A stretch of 30,127 nucleotides of DNA from Hormoscilla sp. Lineage in GTDB: Bacteria; Cyanobacteriota; Cyanobacteriia; Cyanobacteriales; Desertifilaceae. The notes under the pieces were generated by a model. The model had not been told where the DNA came from and made no database searches. It saw only the letters and a program-made list of their open reading frames with translations. Positions within the stretch are counted from its first letter, which is position 1; every line of letters begins with the position of its first letter. Made by a program: the position numbers and the translations under genes. Positions 1 to 8,303 of the stretch are shown in pieces. The stretch lies in the NCBI GenBank assembly GCA_051439505.1, contig JBFRWI010000071.1, forward strand, positions 1-30,127, in the 5' to 3' direction.

Positions 1-126
1 GAACATCGCATACCCCAGTCGCCGGATCCCCCCAAACCCCCCTTAGAAAGGGGGGCAACCGGTGCGCCCCCCCTTTTGGAAGGGGGGGTTGGGGGGGATC
101 CTCTGCAACTACTTTTGACCACACCC
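1..126. mobile_element. Right part of a GGGTGTGGTC-TIR MITE carrying a poly-C/poly-G palindromic cargo (left end not in window)
   Basis: Ends CAACTACTTTTGACCACACCC at 126; interior (CCAGTCGCCGGATCCCCCCAAACCCCCCTTA...AAGGGGGG) is closely similar to the complete copy at 14593-14743. Confidence 0.8.
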
Positions 127-296
127 GGGGGGGTTACGTAGCGATTAACTTATGGGCAAATTGAGGAGACCCCCCCCCCGAAGCAATCTCCCCGACGAGG
201 CATGAGATTGCTTCGGGGGGATCCTGGTGGCGATCCCTAAATTATCGGTTTGGGTGTCCCCCCTCGCAATGACAAGTTATTAACCGAGAGGTATTG
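127..296. repeat. GAAGCAATC/GATTGCTTC...CTCGCAATGAC palindromic repeat with a TTAACCGAGAGGTATTG shell end
   Basis: Homologous to 5000-5214; its left part is replaced by the MITE ending at 126. Confidence 0.7.
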
Positions 297-312
297 ATGC
301 CCACCCTACATT

Positions 313-852
313 CTATTTTAAGTCAAGTAAGCCCTTTTCCTTGAGTTTGGGGTTAAAGCGAATTTCCTCTTGCACTCCCCGTTCGGTAAGTGTGGCTTTA
401 ATTTCCGCTTCCACCCGCCTCGCTACATTTTTCAACAGTTTTATTTGTCCCAGTTCGTCACTCGCCCCATAACTGCTTTTTTCTGCATCTGTCATGGTGA
501 TTTTCGCATCAATAGGTTCAGTCCATTTGCCTGCCTCAACACCATTCCCAGATGGAGTAGTACCATTTTCCGCGATCCAAGCATCCCGAATATTTTCTAA
601 GGTTGCCCGCTTCGGTCTGTCAATAGTTTGCACCTTCAACCAATAGCAGCTTTGGGGTTGACGGACTAAATGTTGCTTTAAGCTGAGAAAGACATCACGG
701 GAATAGTTGACAAGTTGCAGAGTTTGCGCTTCATCAAAGATAGCATAAATCCCAATTTTGCCTTGCAACTGCTGGGGCAAGTGACCGGTTTCGTCAAGAT
801 AGGGCAGATATGTTAGACTAGCGAGGGCTGGAATATTATTTTCGGTTGTCAT
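313..852 (-). CDS. GIY-YIG nuclease family protein (cyanobacterial type)
   Basis: 179-aa ORF with KIGIYAIFD...LVNYSRDVFLSLKQHL GIY-YIG-like motif. Confidence 0.75.
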   Translation of the reverse strand: MTTENNIPALASLTYLPYLDETGHLPQQLQGKIGIYAIFDEAQTLQLVNYSRDVFLSLKQHLVRQPQSCYWLKVQTIDRPKRATLENIRDAWIAENGTTPSGNGVEAGKWTEPIDAKITMTDAEKSSYGASDELGQIKLLKNVARRVEAEIKATLTERGVQEEIRFNPKLKEKGLLDLK

Positions 853-901
853 GATGCAATGTTACTTAACTTGGCGGTAAATGGCACAGAGGCGACTAAG
901 C

Positions 902-996
902 AATTCAAAATTCAAAATTCAAAATTCAAAATTGGGAAAGTGCCACCAGAACAAGGATATCGGCGGATCCGCCGTAGCAATTAAAATGCACGACAG
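902..996 (+). repeat. (AATTCAA)n heptamer array plus conserved GCAATT(T/A)AATGC(A/G)CGACAG tail
   Basis: Same architecture at 7664-7761 and 26897-26996. Confidence 0.75.
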
Positions 997-1160
997 TAAG
1001 ACGAAGCAATCTCAATCTTACCACAAGCGGACAAGCCAGTCCCAAGCCGAGTGATGGGTGTCTGTCCCTGCCCCCTGATTTAAGATTCCTGGTAACTTTA
1101 AATACATGAGAAAATGCATAAATATCGGGGGTGGTCACAAGTAGTCGATCGCCAACGGAC

Positions 1161-1228
1161 AAGAAACCGGGTTTCTCAGATCAATTTAAGGGCCATTTGC
1201 AGCCATTTCCATAGAAACCCGGTTTCTG
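1161..1228. repeat. AGAAACCGGGTTTCT / AGAAACCCGGTTTCT inverted REP pair
   Basis: Two palindromes in inverted arrangement; the same family occurs at 28641-28862. Confidence 0.75.
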
Positions 1229-1437
1229 CACCCCCACGCACAGCAATGGCCATTTCGGCTTCAGCACCCAGAAGCGAACTCTCAATTTCATGCCCAGAGG
1301 GCTTGACAATACTTGATGTTCGTGGCTAAGGGAAAATATGGTGGTGGGAAGGAGCAAAAAAAATTTGGCTTTAGGTATTGACAACATTGCTGTGGTTGAT
1401 TATGATGGGTGAGATGCAACTTCTCCAAGGGATGACT

Positions 1438-2832
1438 ATGGTATTGCAGATCACGGCCACCGCCGATAAACTGCCTTCTAGGGGCCCTGCGCCTCACGGA
1501 CAGAAAGACAAGGCGCTCGTTGCTTATTATTGGCAGCAAGCCCTTAAACTACAAAAGAGACTTCTCTCGATCTGTCGGGCCATATTTAAGGGGAACTCCC
1601 ACGATGCGGAAGATGCGGTCCAGTCCGCACTCATCAAGGGAGCCCAAAAGTATCCCAAACACGCCGACCGCATCAAAAACTTCACTGCTTGGCTGATCGG
1701 ACTGACGAAGAACTTCTGCATCGATCTCATCAATATAAGAGACAAGCAGGCAACCGGTGTTGATGATATTGAGTTGGTGAATGCCTTGGGGGGTATTGAC
1801 CGGTACTCCGATGATGATACACCGGTGCAGATGCTGGTCAGCGATGAAGAATATGCTTATATAGATGATGCGATCGCATGCTTGCCCGATACCTTGCGTG
1901 AGACCTATAGCTTACATTATTACGAAGAGCTGTCGAATACAGAAATAGCTGACCGACAAGAGATAACCAAAGACAATGTCTACCAGCGGATATCCAGGGC
2001 CAAGAAAATGCTGGTCGCCAAGTTGAGAGGCTATTTCTGCCCGATGGACGATACCACCTTAAAATTCAAAATTCAAAATTCAGAATTAAAAATTGGGAAC
2101 GTACCTGAGAACAAGGAGCGATCGCACGGCAGTAATGGCCCGGACACGGCACGACAGGTGACAGCAACCGATCGCGCTCGGGATAGTATTAAACAATTTT
2201 TATTTCCAAATTCTCAATTCCCAATTGGGACAGGACCGGAGAAGGAGGCGCGATCGCACGGCAACCATGGCCATGTCACGGCCCGACAGTTGAGAGCAAC
2301 CGATAGCGATCGCAGTGGGGAAAGTCCGAAGATAATACTGGCGTTAACAAAACTGGCCACCAGGTATAGTGGAAATTTTGGCTCCGACTCCGAGACCACA
2401 GGCCCAAGTCAATTCAACATTCCTTATTCTCAATTCAAAAATGGGACAGGACCGGAGAACGAGGTGTGTACGCACGGCGACCATGGCCATGTCGCGGCCC
2501 GACGGTTGGGAGCAACCGATAGCGATCGCGGTCGGGAATGTCGCAAGATAATACCAAGGACAATGTTGCTCAGGGGATATCGGGCGTTAACAAAACTGGC
2601 CAAATGGTTGAGTGGATATTTTGGCTCCGACTCCGAGACCACTGGCCTTAAACAATTCAAAATTAAAAATTCTCTTTTCAAAATTGGGACAGTCCCTTTG
2701 TCCGCTGTGAACAAGGAGCGATGGCGCGGCGGCCATGGCCTGGTCACGGCCCGACAGATGACAGCAACCGCTCGCGGTCGGGAAATACCCATGAAAATAC
2801 CAATCACAATAGGACTGTCAAGAAGTCATTGA
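1438..2832 (+). CDS. ECF-like sigma-70 family RNA polymerase sigma factor with a repetitive C-terminal extension (start uncertain: 1378/1432/1438)
   Basis: Region 2 motif DAEDAVQSALIK...NFTAWL...NFCID and region 4 motif AIACLPDTLRETYSLHYYEELSNTEIA...NVYQRISRAKKML. Confidence 0.85.
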   Translation: MVLQITATADKLPSRGPAPHGQKDKALVAYYWQQALKLQKRLLSICRAIFKGNSHDAEDAVQSALIKGAQKYPKHADRIKNFTAWLIGLTKNFCIDLINIRDKQATGVDDIELVNALGGIDRYSDDDTPVQMLVSDEEYAYIDDAIACLPDTLRETYSLHYYEELSNTEIADRQEITKDNVYQRISRAKKMLVAKLRGYFCPMDDTTLKFKIQNSELKIGNVPENKERSHGSNGPDTARQVTATDRARDSIKQFLFPNSQFPIGTGPEKEARSHGNHGHVTARQLRATDSDRSGESPKIILALTKLATRYSGNFGSDSETTGPSQFNIPYSQFKNGTGPENEVCTHGDHGHVAARRLGATDSDRGRECRKIIPRTMLLRGYRALTKLAKWLSGYFGSDSETTGLKQFKIKNSLFKIGTVPLSAVNKERWRGGHGLVTARQMTATARGREIPMKIPITIGLSRSH

Positions 2833-3305
2833 CTGATTTGACGGATAAAACAGCTTCAATTTATTCCGATCCTTCCTTCTATTATCCGTCCACTTTGCCA
2901 AGACAGACAACAATGTAGATCCGGGCGGAACGTCAGTGTAATAATCTGGCCCGCGAGAGGGCATGTAAGTCTATCCCCGGTGGGATTGATATTTTTGAAT
3001 GTCTAATTTAACATTTATTTATGTATTTTTGCTGCACCCTGTAAACCAACCCGATTTAAAGGTGGAAGTAGGAACGGATAGAGGCACCCCACTGGTGAGT
3101 GAATTTTGCAACGAACAGAAATAGTTCGTAGTACGAGGGAGTTATTAGCTCATGTCAGAAATAATGGAGAGAAACAGTCATATAGATGTGGTGGGGTACT
3201 GCTCAAGAAAGTTGTCCCAAAGGAAACAGTGACCCATAAGGAAAGCAGGTGACCGTAGGACCCCACCACAGTTGTTACGACGGTTGTAAAAAAAGGTCTT
3301 GGAGA

Positions 3306-3536
3306 ATGAAAAAAGCAGTAGTGTTATCAATCTTGTTGAGTATCATAGCGATTGCAGTCTGGGGCTCGGGAGTGGCCCATGCAAGTGAATGGGAGGTCGA
3401 TTATGTCTGCTACGGGAGCCCACAATGTAATCCTCCGGTAGTGGGCACTCGGACGCACCCGCACGATTGTAATGAAATAGGTTTGTCTGCCGGGTACCCG
3501 AACGGCGGGCCATGTATCTTCGGTTTTCTGGAGTAG
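3306..3536 (+). CDS. Small secreted Cys-containing hypothetical protein (76 aa)
   Basis: MKK + hydrophobic core + AHA signal peptidase I site; four Cys in the mature part; purine-rich sequence upstream. Confidence 0.7.
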   Translation: MKKAVVLSILLSIIAIAVWGSGVAHASEWEVDYVCYGSPQCNPPVVGTRTHPHDCNEIGLSAGYPNGGPCIFGFLE

Positions 3537-3635
3537 GGCGGACAAATAACAGGAAGTAGGCAAGGAAAAGGCTGAAAGAGGGAAGGGAACGTGTGACTGA
3601 TGGAGATCCGAGGCGAGGGATTGGGTGAAGTAACC

Positions 3636-3995
3636 CTAAGTCAAACCTGTTATGTCCCACTGCAACAAGGCTACCGAGTCTGGACTGGAACATTCAAACG
3701 GCAACACTTTCTCCGACACTCCACTTCTAAGCCAAATCAACCAACGGCGAGCGTATTCCCGAATGCGACTCGCCGTCGCACCCTGCTCATAAAGCCGGGC
3801 TGCTCGCTCTGCAAACCGTTCAACCGTTACCGGCGCTACCCCCAAACCATCCGGGGAGAACCGGTAACCCAAAAAATCAAAGCCCCGAGTCACCCGGCAA
3901 ATCATGGTTTTGTCCGGGTGCTTTTCCATTTTTAGTTGGCAAAGCTGCTGGTTAGTAGCCTTAATAACCCGTCGCAGGGCCCATCGGGTTTGACA
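3636..3995 (-). pseudogene. C-terminal fragment of a bacterial reverse transcriptase (group II intron-related), lacking the N-terminal and YxDD regions
   Basis: TRWALRRVIK...EKHPDKT...GFDFLGY...ARLYEQG...YARRW corresponds to RT motifs 6-7 plus thumb; the 5' end stops at the heptamer array at 3995. Confidence 0.8.
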
Positions 3996-4024
3996 ATTCA
4001 AAATTCAAAATTCAGAATTCAAAA
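3995..4024 (+). repeat. (AATTCAA)n array, left arm of the inverted pair around the four-helix-bundle gene
   Basis: AATTCAAAATTCAAAATTCAGAATTCAAAA. Confidence 0.9.
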
Positions 4025-4049
4025 ACCGGAGCAATTCAGAATTTTGAAT

Positions 4050-4424
4050 TCATGATTTGGAATTGGCTCGATTGCGTTTAGTTTTAACAACAATCGATGC
4101 TATAATTTTAAGGAGTTCTTCTGATTCATCCAATAGAGGACGCAAACGACTTTCTGGAAATAATTCAACAGCTATCAATAAACGCAACCAATATCGGGTT
4201 TCTCTCGTTTCTGCCAGTGCAATTTCCAACTTATGAATAAAATCATCTGTACTCTGAGCAGCTTGGGACTCCTCCACATTAGCCCCAATTGACGTTCCCG
4301 AACGAATGAGTTGCTTAGAAAGGGTTCGACCCACCCCCGGCTTTTCATCCAAAACTTTACATAGATTAACAATCCGTACCGCAAAATCAAATGTCCGGTC
4401 TGTAATAGGGCTTACTTCATTCAT
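4050..4424 (-). CDS. Four helix bundle protein (23S rRNA IVP / bAvd-like family)
   Basis: RTFDFAVRIV...KQLIRSGTSIGANVEE...DFIHKLEIALAETRETRYWLRLL signature. Confidence 0.9.
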   Translation of the reverse strand: MNEVSPITDRTFDFAVRIVNLCKVLDEKPGVGRTLSKQLIRSGTSIGANVEESQAAQSTDDFIHKLEIALAETRETRYWLRLLIAVELFPESRLRPLLDESEELLKIIASIVVKTKRNRANSKS

Positions 4425-4453
4425 TTTGAATTTTGAATTCTGAATTTTGAATT
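4424..4453 (-). repeat. (TTGAATT)n array, right arm of the inverted pair
   Basis: TTTTGAATTTTGAATTCTGAATTTTGAATT; near-perfect reverse complement of 3995-4024. Confidence 0.9.
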
Positions 4454-4525
4454 ACTGAACGCACTGCGCCCTTGAGTCCACCAGTACCGGCGAGATGGTA
4501 GCAACGAGTTTTATTGCTGTTCCCA

Positions 4526-4850
4526 TGGGGCCCGGGCACGGCGGTACAAATATTTTCCAATTTCCCGCTCATTTGTTGATGCCGTGCCCCTACATGGTAT
4601 CAGGCGATCGCAAGCAGACATGTATGGGGCGATCGCATGGGGCCGGGGCACGGCGGTACAAATATTTTTCATTTTCCCGAACATTTGTTGATGCCGTGCC
4701 CCTACATCCAGACGCCATCGCCAGAATACATTTTCTGGGCCGATCGCATTATCGTCATGGTAGAAAGAGACCAGTAATGTAGGGGCACGGCATCCATAAA
4801 TTATCGGTATAAACGAAAATATATCTATTGCCGTGCCCCGGCCCCCAGAC
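4526..4850. repeat. Three GTAGGGGCACGGC...GCCGTGCCCCTAC REP-like hairpin units (two direct, one inverted)
   Basis: GGGCACGGC/GCCGTGCCC arms at about 4533-4593, 4645-4706 and 4778-4845; a related single copy at 28121-28184. Confidence 0.85.
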
Positions 4851-4999
4851 CCGATCGCCAGAATACATTTATGGGGCGATCGCATGTTGTCAGGAAAGAT
4901 TTATTTGGCGATCGCCCAGTATCTCTGTCCTTGCACATCCGGATGGCGCCCGATGTAACTCAAATCACATCAGGCCCCGAAAGTAGGATAATGTACTGG

Positions 5000-5214
5000 C
5001 AATACTTCTCGGTTAAGTATATAGGTTGTCATTGCGAGGGGGGGTACTCCGCGATTAAGTTATGGGAAATCTCCTTAACCCCCCCCCGAAGCAATCCCCC
5101 TGCAAGCGTAACCGACTCGGTGAGATTGCTTCGGGGGGATTGCTTCAGGGGTCAAGACAGCTGTTAATTTGCCAGCCCCCCTCGCAATGACAGGTTGTAT
5201 CCCTTGAAGTATTG
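5000..5214. mobile_element. MITE-like element with CAATACTTC/GAAGTATTG ends enclosing a GTCATTGCGAG...CTCGCAATGAC palindromic repeat
   Basis: Terminal inverted 9-mers at 5000-5008 and 5206-5214; inner arms about 5028-5191; homolog at 127-296. Confidence 0.7.
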
Positions 5215-5244
5215 AATGTACTGGAGTCGGTTAAAATGAAGAGC

Positions 5245-7686
5245 ATGATAAATCAACTCCCACAGCAAATCCCCAGTTGTACCTGGTCTCGCCCGATCGG
5301 CCTCGGTTGGGACAAACCTTACAGGGTCCGTTACCCTAGCAATATCGATGACGGTCCCTGGCACGGCATGCCCTTGGGGGGCTTTGGGGCCGGTTGCATC
5401 GGTCGTTCTTCCCGAGGAGATTTTAATTTATGGCACATCGATGGGGGCGAACATATCTTCCGCAGTCTGCCCGCTTGTCAGTTTAGCGTATTTGAAAAGA
5501 CTGGCTCAGGCAAGAAGCAAGTCTATGCCCTCTCCACGGAAGCACCGGCGGACGGCAGTCTCGCCAGTTGGCAGTGGTATCCTGCCAGTACAGAATCCAG
5601 ATCTACGGGTATGTACCATGCACTATATCCCCGCAGTTGGTATGCTTATGAAAATGTGTTTGCGGCGGCTCTCACTTGCGAGCAGTTTTCTCCGATTATA
5701 CCGGGAAATTACCAGGAAACCAGTTACCCAATTGCGGTCTTTGAATGGACTGCCCACAATCCTACGGATGCGGCTATCACTGTCAGTATTATGCTCACCT
5801 GGGAAAATACGGTGGGTTGGTTTACTAATCAGCAGAAGTCCCCCGAGGTAAAGGTGCGGGATGATGGTTCCCCAGTCTACGAGTATCAGCCCCGCTGGGG
5901 TGAAAGTACGGATAATTATAATCGCTGGATCGAGAATAACTTTCGCGTGGGTTGTCTGATGAGTCGCCTGTCTACCACAAGTATCCCGGTGGAGGGGGAA
6001 GGTCAATGGGCGATCGCGACGGTGAGTAATCCTGCGGTGGAGGTATTCTATCACAGTCGCTGGAACCCAGTGGGGACGGGTGCGCAGGTCTGGGAACCTT
6101 TTGCGAGGACTGGGGAGTTGAGTGACTCGGAAGATGAAAGTCCGGCAGCAGCAGGGGAACGCATAGCTTGCGCGATCGCGGTGCGGTTTACCATCAGACC
6201 GGGACGAACTCGGAAAATACCTTTTATTTTAGCCTGGGACTTTCCAGTGACGGAGTTTGGGATGAAGACTCAGGACTTGGCGCGATCGGGGGAGATGCCT
6301 TCGACGGAAATAGGGACGCCCATCGGCTATTATCGTCGCTACACGGACTTCTTCGGGCGGAACGGCAAAAATGCTTGGTCCATGGTCCGTACAACCCTGA
6401 AACATTCCGACAGTTGGAAAGAAAAGATTATTGCCTGGCAGAAACCGGTGCTAGAAAAGGACGATCTACCCAACTGGTTCAAGATGGCCTTGTTTAACGA
6501 ACTGTACCTGCTAACGGGGGGCGGAACTCTCTGGACTTCGGCCTCAGAAGATGATCCGGTAGGTCAGTTTGCAGTCTGGGAATCGGTAGATTATCGTTGG
6601 TATGAAAGTCTGGACGTGCGACTGTACGGTTCATTTCCTTTAGTATACCTGTGGCCGAAACTGGAAAAAGCAGTGTTGCGGGCCTTTGCCAGGGCCATTG
6701 GTACGTTCGATCGCGCGACTCGCATCATCGGTTACAATCAAGTGCAAGCAGTGCGCAAGGTGATGGATGCCACGCCCCATGACTTAGGTGCGCCCAACGA
6801 ACATCCTTGGGAGCAAACCAATTATACCAGTTATCAAGATTGCAATCAATGGAAAGATTTACCCTGTGATTTTGTCTTGCAAGTCTATCGAGACTTTGTG
6901 CTGACAGGTAGTACGGATATGGAGTTTTTGCAAGAATGCTGGCCCGCGATCGTGCAAACACTCAATTATTTAAAGACCTTTGATAAGGACGGGGATGGCA
7001 TTCCGGAGAACTCCGGGGCCCCAGATCAAACCTTTGATGACTGGCCCATGGAAGGAGTGAGTGCTTATTGTGGAGGGTTGTGGTTGGCGGCCCTGTCCGC
7101 AGCAGTGGCGATCGGGGAAAAGGTAGGTGATGCTGCAACTATAGCAGAATATCAAGCATGGCGAGAACGGGGGAAAGAAATCTATCAAGAGAAACTCTGG
7201 AATGGGGAATATTACCAACTGGATAGTGAAAGCGGTGACGATGTAGTCATGGCCGACCAGTTATGCGGTCAATTTTACGCCCAACTGCTGGGATTACCAG
7301 ATATTGTACCCCGGACCTGCGCGGAATCAGCTCTGAAAAAGATTTACGACGCCTGTTTCGTGAAATTTAATTCAAAGCAGGAGGAAAAACTGGGTGTGGC
7401 AAATGGCGTGCGATCGGACGGGACGGCAGAAAATCCGGAGGCAACACATCCATTAGAAGTATGGACGGGAATAAACTTTGGACTGGGGGCATTTATGCTA
7501 CAAATGGGAATGAAAGAAGAAGCAATGACAATTGCCGAAGCAGTAGTAAGACAAATATACGAGAAGGGGTTACAATTTAGAACGCCAGAAGCGATAACGG
7601 CAGCAGGAACATTTCGTGCGAGTCATTACCTGCGGGCCATGGCAATATGGGGAATGTACAAGGAATTCAAAATTCAAAATTCATAA
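5245..7686 (+). CDS. GH116 family glycoside hydrolase (non-lysosomal glucosylceramidase / beta-glucosidase-like)
   Basis: GMPLGGFGAGCIGR, ALFNELY, ESVDYRWYESLDV, PHDLG, WKDL, PDQTFDDW and PEA motifs; start at 5245 (or 5236) preferred over 5212. Confidence 0.92.
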   Translation: MINQLPQQIPSCTWSRPIGLGWDKPYRVRYPSNIDDGPWHGMPLGGFGAGCIGRSSRGDFNLWHIDGGEHIFRSLPACQFSVFEKTGSGKKQVYALSTEAPADGSLASWQWYPASTESRSTGMYHALYPRSWYAYENVFAAALTCEQFSPIIPGNYQETSYPIAVFEWTAHNPTDAAITVSIMLTWENTVGWFTNQQKSPEVKVRDDGSPVYEYQPRWGESTDNYNRWIENNFRVGCLMSRLSTTSIPVEGEGQWAIATVSNPAVEVFYHSRWNPVGTGAQVWEPFARTGELSDSEDESPAAAGERIACAIAVRFTIRPGRTRKIPFILAWDFPVTEFGMKTQDLARSGEMPSTEIGTPIGYYRRYTDFFGRNGKNAWSMVRTTLKHSDSWKEKIIAWQKPVLEKDDLPNWFKMALFNELYLLTGGGTLWTSASEDDPVGQFAVWESVDYRWYESLDVRLYGSFPLVYLWPKLEKAVLRAFARAIGTFDRATRIIGYNQVQAVRKVMDATPHDLGAPNEHPWEQTNYTSYQDCNQWKDLPCDFVLQVYRDFVLTGSTDMEFLQECWPAIVQTLNYLKTFDKDGDGIPENSGAPDQTFDDWPMEGVSAYCGGLWLAALSAAVAIGEKVGDAATIAEYQAWRERGKEIYQEKLWNGEYYQLDSESGDDVVMADQLCGQFYAQLLGLPDIVPRTCAESALKKIYDACFVKFNSKQEEKLGVANGVRSDGTAENPEATHPLEVWTGINFGLGAFMLQMGMKEEAMTIAEAVVRQIYEKGLQFRTPEAITAAGTFRASHYLRAMAIWGMYKEFKIQNS

Positions 7687-7761
7687 TTCAAAATTTGGAA
7701 AGCCCTTGAGGACAAGGGTTTCGGCCTGTCTGCCTGTGCAATTTAAATGGGCGACAGTTTA
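7664..7761 (+). repeat. (AATTCAA)n plus GCAATTTAAATGGGCGACAG element overlapping the GH116 3' end
   Basis: Supplies the last codons and stop (FKIQNS*); homologous to 902-996 and 26897-26996. Confidence 0.8.
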
Positions 7762-7799
7762 GGGCAGGGGAGACGCCTGCCCATGGGCGGGGGTCTCCC

Positions 7800-8066
7800 C
7801 TAATTACCTGAAAACCTCGCCAGCAATTCTTGACGAGACAATTCCAGCACGATCGGGATATATTCAGGTGCCGATAATGTTATTATTTCTGGGATAATTG
7901 CTTCTAGTTGGGTATCTATTTCACCAAAGCGTATACGCAGGATACATGCGAGCACTGACTGGCGTTCCCTCATGATACCTTCCTGAAAAGCTTGCTGGAG
8001 ACCTTGCTGAAAACCTTTCTCATAGGCGGCTTTCAGTCGTTCTTTGTACACGGTAGATAATTGCAT
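7800..8066 (-). CDS. 88-aa stand-alone paralog of the C-terminal module of the upstream Rpn-like protein
   Basis: MQLSTVYKERLK...RFGEID.QL.AIIPE...ELSR..LLARFSGN aligns end to end with residues 226-324 of 8304-9278. Confidence 0.7.
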   Translation of the reverse strand: MQLSTVYKERLKAAYEKGFQQGLQQAFQEGIMRERQSVLACILRIRFGEIDTQLEAIIPEIITLSAPEYIPIVLELSRQELLARFSGN

Positions 8067-8093
8067 AATTCATACTTAGTTGTCAACATCTAG

Positions 8094-8240
8094 ATGGGTG
8101 CAAAAATATTGATGTCGTAGTCGTAGGTTGGGTAGAGGCACGAAACCCAACCTAGGGATGATGTTGTTAGCGTAGCGTAGCGTGTTGGGTTTACTAACGT
8201 CAACCCAACCTACGCATGTAAAAGTTCAGATGCACCCCAT
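8094..8240. mobile_element. Insertion with GGGTGCA/TGCACCC ends carrying a GTAGGTTGGG...CCCAACCTAC REPIN
   Basis: Interrupts the duplicated Rpn segment near ATCTAGAT; REP arms at about 8123-8152 and 8183-8213; the same REPIN occurs at 27553-27626. Confidence 0.7.
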
Positions 8241-8303
8241 TGAGATCTGCTTCATTCCGTCTGCTTCTAAAACAAAAAGCAGGATGTCGGTTTCAGTTAT
8301 CCA

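Noticed and set aside
3540..4001. Intact group II intron
   Set aside because: No recognisable domain V/VI after the ORF and no 5' intron portion
3636..4453. Functional diversity-generating retroelement (Avd-like gene plus RT)
   Set aside because: The RT lacks its catalytic N-terminal part, there is no room for a template repeat between the genes, and I found no repeat pair differing mainly at adenines
4495..5364. Short ORFs between the four-helix gene and GH116
   Set aside because: Composed of REP/MITE palindromes or antisense to GH116
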